A stretch of 54,663 nt of DNA, the filler included, from Catajapyx aquilonaris (lineage: Eukaryota), in NCBI GenBank assembly GCA_000934665.2. It is 2 parts of 2 records of this genome, joined end to end, with 100 filler letters (N's around TTAATTAATTAA, not from the genome) between each part and the next. Parts side by side here need not be neighbours in the genome. Positions count along the whole stretch, not along the records: positions 1 to 27,286 come from JYFJ02005079.1; 1 more part is not named here. One strand, 5' to 3'. Every line of letters starts with the position of its first letter. Position 1 is the stretch's first letter. Position numbers and translations under genes: made by a program. The notes beneath the pieces were generated by a model. The model was not told the origin of the DNA, made no database searches, and saw only the letters and a list, made by a program, of their open reading frames with translations. Positions 13,497 through 26,048 of this stretch are shown here, one piece after another.

Positions 13497-14934
13497 ATGA
13501 ATGAATCCTACCAGGACGTCAGCACCAATTTGATTCCATTTGTCAGCCAGAAGTACAACTATTTGTTTCATGGGAGGAAAGGTATGTAGGCTTCACCTAA
13601 TTTCCAGCCTTTCATTTCTCGCAAATTATTTGAATTCATGGCTTCCTTCCAGACCCTCGAATGATGGAATGGCCATTGATGCGTAATGATTCATTAGCTT
13701 TGGGAACATCACTAGCTTACGTTATTTTCGTTTGCTTTGTGCTTCCCAAGTTCATGGTGGGTCGCCAGCCCTTCAAACTCCAAATGTTCATCATGCTGTA
13801 TAATGCCTCTCAAGTAATCCTTAATGTATGGATTCTTTCGCTGGTAAGTCTATAATTTTCTCACCTATTTTTAAAAGAAGTATCTAGGAAACATGGAAAA
13901 TTGTTTAAAATCCCTTCAAGTGTATCAGAGGAGGCTGGTTCAACGGATACAGTTTCTGGTGTCAGCCAATAGACTTCTCCAGGAGTTCGAAAGCCATGGC
14001 GGTAAACATTCTGTGGTAATAAATTATTAAGCATTCAATCTTTTTAATATTCGTCTCGTTGCAGATACTTCAAGCATGTTGGTTGTATTATATGTCAAAA
14101 TTTGTGGACTTACTCGATACGGTAAGGCGAAATCTATTCGTGGCAGTATTTGGTGCATTGAAGTATACCGGTACGTTATAATATGTTTCATGTAGTCTTT
14201 ATCATATCCGAAAACAGGTGTTTTTCGTGCTGAGAAAGAGCTACGAGCAAGTCACCTTCTTGCATGTACTTCACCATATGCTGATGCCCAGTTTGATTTG
14301 GTACACCATTAGATACGTTAACGGTAGGCACAACGCAACAGTTCATTGCATTAACATTAATGCAGTAACATTAATGAAAGAAGTTGGGTATTGTTTATCA
14401 AAGTAACGATTTTAAGCATAGATGGAACATGGGTAACATTCAAGTGAATATGATGGGCAGATTCTTCGCCTTTTCGCGTACTGGTATATCCACTTTTAGG
14501 GCTGTGGCTTTGAACAATGCACATTGCACAATTCCATCAGTAAAGAAATCAATATGATTTTCTTGTATGCAGGTGGTCAATGGACATTCTCCGTTCTGTG
14601 CAACTCTTTCATCCACGTTCTGATGTACACTTATTACTTGCTGACTGGACTGGGATACCACAAATACCTCTGGTGGAAGCGCTATCTCACAACTTTGCAG
14701 ATTGTACAGTAATTTTTAAGTTGATTTATATACACTTATAATGGACAGTGTCGTTTCATATAATTATTATTATCTTTACAGCTACAGTTTATCATCATGA
14801 TGGCTCATGAACATTTGTTGTTTTTCATCGAGTGCGATTATCCTAGATTCACCAGATTTTTGAGCATCCCGACTGGAATAGCAATGTTAGTACTTTTCTA
14901 CAATTTTTACACCCAGTCTTACAGGAAAAGGTAA
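13497..14934 (+). CDS. ELOVL1/7-like elongase, copy 3 (intron-6 donor altered)
   Basis: Exons 13497-13581, 13653-13843, 13921-14001, 14065-14121, 14218-14323, 14573-14703, 14782-14934. Motifs LHVLHH and [12 protein letters not shown]. Intact only if the weak donor GTACAG at 14704 is used. Confidence 0.85.
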
Positions 14935-15989
14935 TGACAGGTTGGAAAAAATAATATTGTTGGTGAATTAAAATATGTATGAACATTGTTAATAATGAAT
15001 ATATTATTTTGACTGATATTCCCAAAGTATCATTTGTTTGTGACATTTTCCAAAATAATTTTTCACAAATTTCGACATAGCCGCATGATGTTATTCCCTG
15101 CCTTTAGCTACCACCACATCAAATCCGTATGTGGAGCCTGATATCACATTATTTTATGAACCTGTATGTCCAGCCTTCCAGTCTAATATCCATGGTAAAG
15201 GTATAATAACAAGTTATATCCCTTCATGTGCGTGTCTATATCATGATTTTTTGCAGAAAATGCACTTACTGTGTTAATGTAATGTGATAATTACTCATTG
15301 AATAGAGGCCATGCATTGTGTGTGCTATAATAATTAGTGTTTTTGCAGAAAAAATCATACTTTGAGAATATTATTTTGGAATACAGTATCTTATTTCCAT
15401 CCAATGCTGTAAGAAAATTATGAACTATACTGTGTTAATATACGTCGAAAATACACATATTGAAATCGAAGAGCGTATAGATACCATGCAGCAGATATTT
15501 ATTTCATTTTCTTCCTATCAATTCTTCCTTCCTTCAAAAGAAACTCGTTGGAATAATTTTTCAGCTTCACTTTATGGCTCAGGAGCTTCCGTACTCCAAA
15601 GCAAATTTCATTTTGTTACATGATGTCTTTGGAACGTTGTAAGCATATCATTTAAGGAACTACAGTCACGAACTAGCTAGCCAAGAATAGCAGACGCCTC
15701 TAATAACAGACACATATTGTAATTAGCACAACAAAATAAAACAAGTCGCAAAAAATGAAGGTAGTAAAAATTATGAGTAGGTAATACTGTATGTACTGTA
15801 ATACCCTTCTACTGTACTATCCGGATTTAAAATGTTTACGAGTATAATTATGATGCAAATAATTCTGTTTATACAATATGATGTAATATATTATTTATAT
15901 AATATGTAGGAAACTCTATGGGCATCATGACAAAGCTGAAGGTGATCCACTGCATTCTATTTATGCTGAAACTTACACACATACTTTAT

Positions 15990-16170
15990 ACTTTTTCTCA
16001 TCATCGAAAAAGTCTTATAGAACGGATTTGTCTGTCTGTCCGTCCGTCCGTCCGTCTGTGGACAGGTATCAGGGCCTCAACCGCAAAAGATAGAGACAAA
16101 CGGTTTTCATATTCGTGACGTAAATAGGTGTCATGGTCAACTTCCGGTGACCCGCCACTTCCGGGTTCAC
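15990..16170 (+). mobile_element. DINE-1/HINE-like (Helentron-associated) non-autonomous element fragment
   Basis: T-rich start with a short inverted repeat, then a (GTCY)n microsatellite TGTCTGTCTGTCCGTCCGTCCGTCCGTCTGT at about 16029-16059, then ACTTCCGG repeats. Confidence 0.55.
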
Positions 16171-17362
16171 TCTATCTGCATACAAGTCTACTTGAAAGAA
16201 TGCGAAAAAATGTATATTCTAATCCCGCTCATGCTATTTGGCAATCTTGTTTATTTGTGCTGCATAATCTATATACAGGGTTATTTTCAGATTATATGAA
16301 CATGTGCATCAGAAAAATCCTGATACAACTGATAACTTAATATGAGTTCAATTACAGCGGAATGCATTAAAATAATTGCTGTCATGTGTTGGTAAATAAC
16401 ACAATTTGTGATTTATTATGTACGGTATAATAATAATGGGCAACAATATTATTATTTTTTCTTGAAAATTTACCTTTATCAGAAATCATTGCAGATTACC
16501 ACCTACTGCGTCCTAAAATTTTAACCTTTATTTAACCTACAGACACTTTTTCCCAACCATTGACTCCGCCTACACTGGAAGATTAATATCATAAGTTATT
16601 ATATTATACAAGTGTTGGAAATAATTGCTCATTGTTTGCGTCACTATAGCGTCACTTTCTCACAAAGCTCATTACCAGTCTCACAAGTCAGTAGTAACAT
16701 TATCATTATTATTACCACTTCATAACACTCTCTTATGTGTAAAAGTCTGCTACCAGCGAAAATATTGTGCAGAACAAGCACACTGTCTTGTGCTCTAATC
16801 CCTTAGTTGAGTTGTACTGTACGCTAAGCAATATTATTCTCTTCGTACTGTACATTTACATATGTTCTTTACTCTAAAAGATAGTATTAAAATACTTCCA
16901 GGAGTATCACATGAGCATCATGCCCACATTATTACGTCCAAGGTTGAAAAGTTCAAAAATATTCAAAATACTCGTATAGGCATTCTCGGATATAAAAAGT
17001 ATAGTCAGCGTCTCTCCTCTGAAGGTATTTTATCTTGTGGAAAATACTTTCAATGAAGTATACTTAACACTATACTGAATGTTTTGCAATAATTTTAAAA
17101 ATTCATTTCATATAATATTACATTGTGTAATCAGCAGGTTTTCTCAAGAAGCATTCACAACTCCGCCCATATCATACCCGCAAAGACCCTACTCAAATAA
17201 TAATTGCTGAGATAATGTCGCACCTACGTAAAATATTAGTTCTATGATGCTTATGCGCAGAAATTACTTCATCATTCGTATGCACTCGTCTAATATACGT
17301 ATATTTGAATAAAGTCTACTGCTCACCCTCAGTGCTGAACAAGACTGCTCCAAGCAGGCACC

Positions 17363-17369
17363 TATAAAG
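17363..17369 (+). promoter_or_regulatory. Putative TATA box upstream of elongase copy 4
   Basis: TATAAAGCA..GTTTTG resembles the 3067 and 10719 blocks. Donor-like AAG|GTATGA at 17395. Confidence 0.3.
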
Positions 17370-18044
17370 CAACGTTTTGCTGGTGGTTCAAAAGGTATGA
17401 TTCTATACTTCGGTAATGCATTAGGCAAATTTGTATTTACATGGGATGAGCACTGTCAAAGTCACCGTATAAAAAGGGGAGTAGAAAAATTATCTCTATA
17501 TAGTATGAACGATAATATTTTGTTGGTATGTATGTATGTAGCCTATTAGCCTCTGTCGCGGCTACATAACCCTTCCACACCTCCGAGAGTGATGAAAATT
17601 TTAGCTCTGATGGCAAACCTGCATGTGATTGAGGGAAGAGTCCGAAAACTGCACTTTCAAGGGTCTCTAAACAATGGCTAAAGCAGTATTATTATTCAAG
17701 AACAAGCCAGAATTTTTACACCCTTCCATTGCCTGCATATATGCGAGGGAATGAGCAATAATATATTGCCCTTATAATAATGCTAGGAAAGATCTCGGTA
17801 TAAATCTGAACCCATTTTTTTACCGTGCAAAGAACGGGTATCGCAGCTAAATAATTTACCCTAGCAACCAGTTGCAAAAGAAACAACCATTCATATTAGA
17901 AATCTTCAATGTCGTTTAATTCGTTATGGCATTATTTCTCATTCGAACATTTTAGCTCTGTGTCTAACCATTCTTGGCATTGGCCAGCATTATTATAATA
18001 TTATAAAATACAGTCACATGGTATCGCAGAGAGACTCCATCATG

Positions 18045-19550
18045 ATGAATACATCCAACGAAGCTGTCACCAATTTGATTCCATTTACAAGACAGAAGTA
18101 CAACTATTTGTTCCATGGAAGGAAAGGTAAGCTTCACCTAACATCCAGAATTTTTCGCAAATTATTCCAATTCATGGCTTCCTTCCAGACCCTCGAATGA
18201 TGGAATGGCCATTAATGCAGAGTGGTTCATTTCCTTTCGGAACATCATTGGCTTACGTGTTTTTTGTTTGTTTTGTACTTCCCACATTCATGACGGGCAG
18301 GCAGCCCTTCAAACTGAAGAAGCTAATCTTGCTGTATAATGCATCTCAAGTAATCCTCAATGCATGGATTATCTCACTCGTAAGTCTGTTTCTCTCCTAT
18401 TTTTAAAAGAAGCTCAAAAATAATATCCTCAATCCATTAAAATCCCTTCAAGTGTGTCAGAGGAGGATGGTTCAACGGGTACAGTTTCTGGTGTCAGCCA
18501 ATAGACTTCTCCAGGAGTCCAAAAGCGATGGCGGTAAGCATAATAATATTTGCTAATAATATTATTAAACATTCAATTTTCCTCAGCTATGTCGTCTCTT
18601 TGCAGATACTTCAAGCATGTTGGTTGTACTACATATCAAAATTTGTGGACTTGCTCGATACGGTGAGGAGCAATGCATCCGTGCTGTCCGTTTAATATAC
18701 TTTGAAAAGCTTGTGGCATTTACCTGTATAATTTACAAAAACAGGTATTTTTCGTGCTGAGAAAGAGCTATGGGCAAGTCACTTTTCTACATGTATTTCA
18801 TCACATGTCATTGCCCTTTTTGGTCTGGTACACCATCAGATACGTTAACGGTAAGTGATGTATAATGCATCATTACAATAATCACGTGGAAGGTATTGCT
18901 CAGTTTAGCAACTAATTTAAATCCAGAGGCAAGGAGCATACCAGAGGTATAATCCGTGTGTTAAACTCATTCAAAATTAATGGGAAACTGTTGCTTAGCA
19001 CGGATATCCTTTAATTTATTGGTTTCTGGGTTAAACAATGATGTGTAACTTGTCCCTCATATACCCAATTATAGAGTTGCGGCTTTGAGCAATGCACATT
19101 GCACAGTTTATTCTGTGTGTAGCATTGCATATGCAATAATTTACCCACATAAGTAAGGTACGTACGGTACATATGTTTTTCTTGCGGGCAGGTGGTCATT
19201 GGACATTCGCCGTTCTGTGCAACTCTTTCATCCATGTTCTGATGTACACTTATTACTTGTTGGCTGGACTTGGATACCACAAATACCTATGGTGGAAGCG
19301 GTATCTCACCACCTTGCAGATGGTAATTACATAAGACGAATGACGATGCATAATCACGGATAATAAGTGTTGATTCTAATAGGTCCTGTATTATTTACAG
19401 GTACAATTTATTATCATGATGGCTCATGAACATCTGTTATTTTTCATCGAGTGCGATTATCCGAAATTTACCAGGTTTATGAGCATTCCGACTGGAATAG
19501 CCATGTTGACACTGTTCTACAATTTTTACGCCAAGTCTTATAAAAAATAA
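18045..19550 (+). CDS. ELOVL1/7-like elongase, copy 4, about 265 aa
   Basis: Exons 18045-18126 (adjacent ATG at 18042), 18189-18379, 18453-18533, 18606-18662, 18745-18850, 19192-19322, 19401-19550. All motifs intact. Confidence 0.95.
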
Positions 19551-20994
19551 TAATGACAGGTTATAAAAATTGTCAGCCCATAAAATATGTGTGAACATTA
19601 TTACTGTGTATAAATTCTTTCGAGATGTGGTTTAAAATGTGTCCGCAATTCCAAAGCATCACTTGTATGTAAAACCGAAAGTAATGTATCGCGAAGTTCA
19701 ACGTAGCCACATAATCACCTGCCTTTATATCTGCCTGCTAAATTTTTAAAGAAATACTGTAGAAGAATAAACGAAATTGGGGACATGCGTGCCCGACTTC
19801 TTCAATACGGTACCTGACACCATTGCTTTTAAACAAATGCTTTGGTCAAAATGCATTTAATATGTGGTTGTAGCTTAATATTAATTTTTAACAAAAATTA
19901 ATTCAATATCATGTTTGACAAAAAACGCTTCTGCAATGTTGAGTCATTTTCTCTTTGAATAATTTACCCAGCTTCTTACCCGCGTGCGGCATTGTCTGTT
20001 TTTGCAGTACAAAACAATACTCTGAGCATTTGTGGGTCAAGATTATTATTATTTCCATCACACATTGTAAAATGTGATGAAATTTGCACTGTAAATTTAC
20101 AAATGAGATTAACAACATAGAATAAAGGTAATAATAAAGGAGAAAGGTTATTTACTGTCACATTATTTTCACAACTACTGTACTATAGTGAGCAGAGATT
20201 GTTTTGACCTCTGTTTGTCCTACACTCGTACTTTTCCAACGTCAGACTCCATCTGTATTATAAGGGAAATTAAAATCACACGCAAATTACGTAATTTGCA
20301 TGGTTAACCCCTCGGCTCAGAGTGTACCAAAACAAGTGCAGATTTGCGTCAGTTTTATATAAGAACAGATTCACCTTCCCACCAAGCTAATTACCCAGTT
20401 AATGTTATTATTTTCACCGCTCTTTTACACTATACCTTAGTGTATAAGTCTGCTCCCAGCGCAAATAATTGTAGAGCACATTTATTATGACACTGTGCAC
20501 TGAACCACCAGTTGACATGTAAGATAAATGAAATCAGTTTTTATGCACTGCTCCACATTTTTTTCAATAATTGTTTCACCTTTCCTTTTGCTACACTCAG
20601 CCTTTCCCATGATTTATTCTTGCCGTTTATAATGCACGCAAACCCTGTTTACCAGAATAAAAATAACACCCTTTTCTACCTATAGAGGCCATAATTTTTC
20701 CTGCTTTTCGCACAGTTCAGCCCACGACAGGGTGTGTACATGACTACTCCCTGCTGGCATTACCTTCTGATTACATATTATACTATTGCTTGCAGCCCAA
20801 AGGTAAGAGAGGGGTCATTTACTGATGTTACATAGGGTAATATCTTGGCTATATGTTAATTATTCAAACCTGAAACGCAGAGATACAATCACATTTTGAT
20901 GAGGTTGATCTGCTCAACCAGTTTTCCTCGTATACCTGCAACATTGTGACACACTGTATTACAATGAAAAACCTGCTGTCCTCTTTTAAATACA

Positions 20995-21715
20995 ACCAGT
21001 TTTTAAATCTGGGTAGTGTCCTTGAGAGTAATGGTAGAATATATGGGGAAATAGACGCAGGAGAGTTAGTTCTGGGTTGAAAGTGATAGGTGCCACAAGT
21101 AGGTTTTTTAGAAATAAGGACTTATCTTCTGCATGTAAATTGTCTGTCTGTTCTCACGTTATTGTTCCTTCACTTATGCATGGTAGTGAAGCGTGGGTTT
21201 GGTCAGATAGGCATAAGAGGAGGTCGTTGGCTACAGAGATGCGTTATCTCCGGGCTCTGTGTGGGGTTACCAAGTTCGATAGGATTAGGAATGAGGAGAT
21301 TTTTCAGAGGTGCAATGTTAAGGAGACTGTTAAAGATAAGTGTGTAGGTCTACTTTAAGGTGGTTTGGCCATGTGGAGAGGATGAAGAAGGTTTATTTGG
21401 GTGGAGTAGTAATGTTGGTAAGAGGGGCAAGGGTAGGCCTAGGAAGACATGTTGGACCAGGTGGGTCAGTGTCTTAAGGGTGTTGCTAGTGTTAAGCCGA
21501 GACGTTCTTGTGGTAATAGGACCATGGACGTGGCTGAGGTTAGGGTTGTATGGTTGGATAGGTGTAAATGGCGTCTCAGGTTAATTAATGGGTAAATAGG
21601 TCTGTGGATAAGGCTTCCTTCGCTCCGGCGAGTAGAGGGGACGTCCTTGGTGGGGCCATACACGTCGGTGTGGCCAGGGCGTCCGGAGTAGTGGCTGATG
21701 GCGAGGGGGGGGGGN
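20995..21715 (+). mobile_element. 5'-truncated, decayed RTE-clade LINE (region C-terminal to RT)
   Basis: LGSVL..NG, LMHGSEAW, EMRYLR..CGVTKFDRIRNEEI, LRWFGHVERM and GKRGKGRPRKT across frameshifts. Confidence 0.9.
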
Positions 21716-21907
21716 TTGATTTGGATAAGTATTGTTTTGCATAGTGTAATATTTAAATTTAATATTCAGTGTCTGTCGTCTGAGATGAGCAGGGGTGGGT
21801 GCAATATATGTAGTTCAGAATGCCGACTTTCATCTAATTATTGGGGTGGGGGGTGGTGAGCATTCTAGTGTCAAGCTTTGTATTTTTAGGCTTTTTTTCC
21901 CAGAGTC

Positions 21908-23516
21908 ATGGAATTCGCCATAATGAGTGACATTTCAAACACGAACATCACCTCTCTAGTTCCATATGTGACTCAGCAGTACGACATTTTCATGAACAAA
22001 AACAGAGGTATGTGATCTGCAAAGTAACGCCGTTTATTATGGTGCCTTGTAGTCTCCATCATTGGCCAATTACATAATTCTCCAGATCCTCGCATAATGG
22101 AGTGGCCCTTGATGGGAAGCACTTCCCTGATCGTGTGGTCAACCTTGGCCTACCTGTTCCTCTCGTGTTATGCACTTCCCAAGCTCATGGTGGATCGACA
22201 GCCTTTCCAGATGAAAAGAGTCATCATGGCCTACAACGCATTTCAAGTAGCCTTGAATATATGGATTATAATCCTGGTGAGAACATGAAGTCCAAAGGAT
22301 GATTAAACATGTTCAGAACAAAATGATCATTATTTTGCAGTGTGTCAGAGGAGGATGGTTCAATGGATACAGTTTCAGGTGTCAACCAGTAGACTATTCC
22401 ATGAATCCGAAAGCAATGGCGGTAAGGACTTATAATAAGTGAATAATAATGTAATATACAGGGCGCAATGTAATGTATACGAATTCAGAGATCTTCAACG
22501 TGACAAATAGAATTCCGGATTCTTGGGTATGAAATTTTCCGTTGACAGATTTTGATTGGCTCTTATTTTTTTAATTATATGCACTCGGCATAAATTTTGA
22601 AGTAATAAAAAATTTGTAGACTAGACAGTGTACGTACTGTACAGTATATCTTACTATGTGCTCAGTACTTATGATCAATTCTTATGCGAATCACTCCTGT
22701 TTTCAGATGTTGGGTGCATGTTGGTGGTACTTCTTCGCCAAATATGTTGATTGGTTGGACACGGTAATATTTTAAATCAATAATCAAGATGATATTTTAA
22801 TCTTCTGATATATTTCACACCCAAGGTGTTCTTTGTACTGCGCAAGAGCTACAGACAAATCAGTTTTCTTCACGTGGTTCATCACATGCCGTTGCCATTT
22901 TTAATATGGTATGCAATCAGATTTGTAGGTGGTAAGTATATTTCAGGAACAAATTATATTACCAGACACACTATGTGTTGTTTGTACAATTAATTTCATG
23001 AGCAGGTGGACATTGGACATTGGCCATTCTGTGCAACTCTTTCGTCCACGTAGTAATGTACACGTATTACTTGCTGGCTGCATTAGGATACCAGAAATAC
23101 TTGTGGTGGAAAAAGTATCTGACTATTATGCAAATGGTAAGACAGCATTGTTAGATTAACAATCGCTGACCAAATTCACCTAACAATATAGGCTCCTTCA
23201 TCTAATTCAGGCTCAGTTCATTATCTTGGCGATTCACGAATATCAGTTGTTCTTCAACGATTGTAACTACCCAAGGTTTACGAGAATTTTGACCATCCCA
23301 TTGGGACCAGGCCTTCTGTTGCTTTTTTATAATTTTTACTCAGAAGCCTACAAAGGAACCAGTAATTGCAAAGTAAGTGTATACTTGTACGTATTACAGA
23401 TTCTCTGTAGTGGACTTTACCTGCACAGGCTATATCTTTCTGGACTTTTATTTCAGGTGTCAATATCAAAAGGCACACATTCGCGCATGAAGAAGCTTGC
23501 TTGCTTGCAAGTGTAA
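21908..23516 (+). CDS. ELOVL1/7-like elongase, copy 5 (most divergent, 8 coding exons), about 295 aa
   Basis: Exons 21908-22007, 22086-22276, 22341-22421, 22707-22763, 22826-22931, 23006-23136, 23211-23372, 23457-23516. Motifs KYVDWLDT, LHVVHH, NSFVHVVMYTYY, TIMQMAQ. Confidence 0.93.
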
Positions 23517-24210
23517 CACTGTTCGGAATCACCAGTCCGACAATGATTCCAGGTCATCAATGAAGCAAATAATTGTGCACTGTACAGTGCTTTAAATGAA
23601 TTCAATGAGATACAGGGTGATACAGCATCCAACCGCACTTTAGTATTCCGGTCTGCATATAGGCTCCAATTTGAAGCAAATTACGTATAACAAGAATTAT
23701 AACATACAATTATGTAAAGTAATAGCGATTATTTATGTAATGTAGGCTAACGTCTCCGTAATCATTGAGTGTGCACTGTAGCCATTTGGATAAGTTCTCA
23801 TTATTTGCTCTACTCATACACCCTTAATAATGTAATCTGACACATCATATTAAGTGACTGCATCTCATTATTCACTGCTTGTGTAACGATTACTATATAT
23901 TATAAAGAGAAATAGACGATAATAAGACAACATGGGTCCCACAATTTGCTTACCACAGACGATTATTTTACATCCTAATGACCTACACATAGCTCTTCTC
24001 ACGATTCTGGTTGCTGGTACGTATCATTGCAAGTTGAGAAGGAAGTGGCATTCAAACTCTCTCAGTGTTTTTGGAGAGAACGTTTCTTAAGCTGAACTGG
24101 CAGTGTGACATCGGTAGGTATACATCGGTATAGGTACGCGTACATACTGGAGACATCTCGGCGTCTGTTCTGACTCACCCTGTATTAATAATAAAATGCC
24201 GCAGGCCACA

Positions 24211-24498
24211 ATGGCTAGTACAACTATCAGCGAGAATGGCACTGATTTGCTTTCATAATTATGTGGAGCAGCAATACAACTACTTTTTCCATGGGAGGAA
24301 AGGTAAATTATTACGAGTATGATCCAACTAATTTTGGAGCTTATTTTTTTTGTCACGGTTTCCTTTCAGATCCTCGAATGATGGAATGGCCATTGATGCG
24401 TCGTGATTCATTAGCTTTGGGAACATCACTGGCTTACGTGATTTTCGTTTGCACCTTTGCTTCGTTCTTCCCAAGTTCATGGAGGGTCGACAGCCCTT
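24211..24498 (+). pseudogene. Elongase copy 6, frameshifted and truncated in exon 2
   Basis: Exon 1 (24211-24302) has a 4-nt insertion that creates TAA. Exon 2 from 24370 ([23 protein letters not shown], closest to copy 3) has an 8-nt insertion ACCTTTGC. Homology stops after CAGCCCTT at 24498. Confidence 0.9.
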
Positions 24499-24625
24499 GC
24501 GACAAGCGCAACCTATAGGTGGCTCTGACCGTAGCCACCTGGCGGCTGACCGGTAACTTCTGGGCAGTTTGTACAGAGATCTCTCGTATGCTCGAGCACG
24601 TGCTTCTCGACGTCGAGGTTTCAGG

Positions 24626-26048
24626 ATGGTGGACAACACACTCACGACGGGGTTTGACCATATCTCTGCAGATGCTGGGTATTTCCGTGACTCCATTCTA
24701 AACAATGGTGTACAATTGAATAGCGCTGGCCATGTGCAAGAAGTTAAAGAAAAGAGGGTAGGGACAAGAGTGGTAGGGACTATAACTACCATCGAAGGAA
24801 AGTGCCTTCCTGCCATGAGAGTCACCAACTCTCCATATTTCGTCACTATGAAGGTAGGAGAATGAAATGTAAGCGTTTTGCATAAATAATCATTATGATA
24901 TGTCATGTACTGCAGATTGATGATGATCGACAACATGCAGCCTGTACATGCAGGGGAGGCAGCACAGGGAAGTGCAAGCATGTGGCAGCCTTAGTTGCAT
25001 TTGTAAATGAAGAGGGCTTCACTTCCCAAACCACCAAACCTCAGCAGTGGCATAAGCCAACTACCATGCAGGAGTTAAAGTACAAGTACAAGAAAGGCGC
25101 CACAATTGCAGAACTTTTTGGGGAGGACAACATGCAAAATTGTCAGCCTAACCCGGAAGCCAGTGCAGCTGCTCTGAAGATGATATGTACTATGGGAAAC
25201 TCAGCGATGGCAGCAATACTGCTAAAAGAAAATGAACATGAAAGTGAGCAAGTTTGCAGTGTTATGTTAAGTGCATTGATCCAAGATGCAGTGTGCAAAA
25301 GTGAAGAGAAGGGGACAATGCAAGTTTTGAGCCAGCTTCAGAATAAGAGAAGGCATGATATCTATGCTATGTATAAATCCATCCCAACAGAATCAGGTAT
25401 GAAGCTCAGGAGGTGCGTACGGTACATCCCGCTAGTGATGGCTTGAATGACGAACAAAAAAAATTGTATTTGTGCAAAGTAGAAGTGTCTGAAAGTGAGT
25501 GCGACAGCATATTTAAAAGTACTGTGTCTCAAAGTAGCTGTACTGAATGGGTGGAGGTTAGGGACAAACGCATTTCAGCCACTAAGGCTCACCGCATTTG
25601 GACGAGGAGGGACAGCCATGATAATCTTGCTAGATCCCTGATTAGTCATAGGCATATCAGCTCGGAAGCCATAAGGTATGGCCTGAAACATGAGTCAGTG
25701 GCTCGGTGTGAATTCGAGCATGTTACTAAGTCCAGGGTATACCTTTGTGGCGTGGTAGTAATGTTGGAACAACCATCGCTGTGCTGCTCACCAGATGGGT
25801 GTTATGAGTCACAGGGCGAGCTACAGTTACTTGAAATCAAATGCCCAATCCGAGCCAAGGATTGCCCTGTCATATCCTCAGATAATATTCCTGTTGTGGA
25901 GTACCTGAAAAAGGGTGATCAAGGTTTTCAATGGATTAAAACTCATACCTATTACACTCAGGTGCAGGAGAGTCTGTACGTAACCGGACTGAGGAAGTGT
26001 GCATTGTATGTATATTCTCCATTTGACAGCGTCCTTATAGTCCAGGTG
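24626..26048 (+). mobile_element. SWIM zinc finger + YqaJ (lambda-exonuclease-like) gene, probably the accessory ORF of an ISL2EU-type DNA transposon; 3'-truncated
   Basis: Intron 24854-24915. SWIM motif CTCRGGSTGKCKHVAAL. YqaJ motifs EW...R..RISAT, YGLKHE..AR, LCCSPDG, LLEIKCP, YYTQVQ..LYVTG. Frame change or intron near 25370-25435. Confidence 0.8.
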
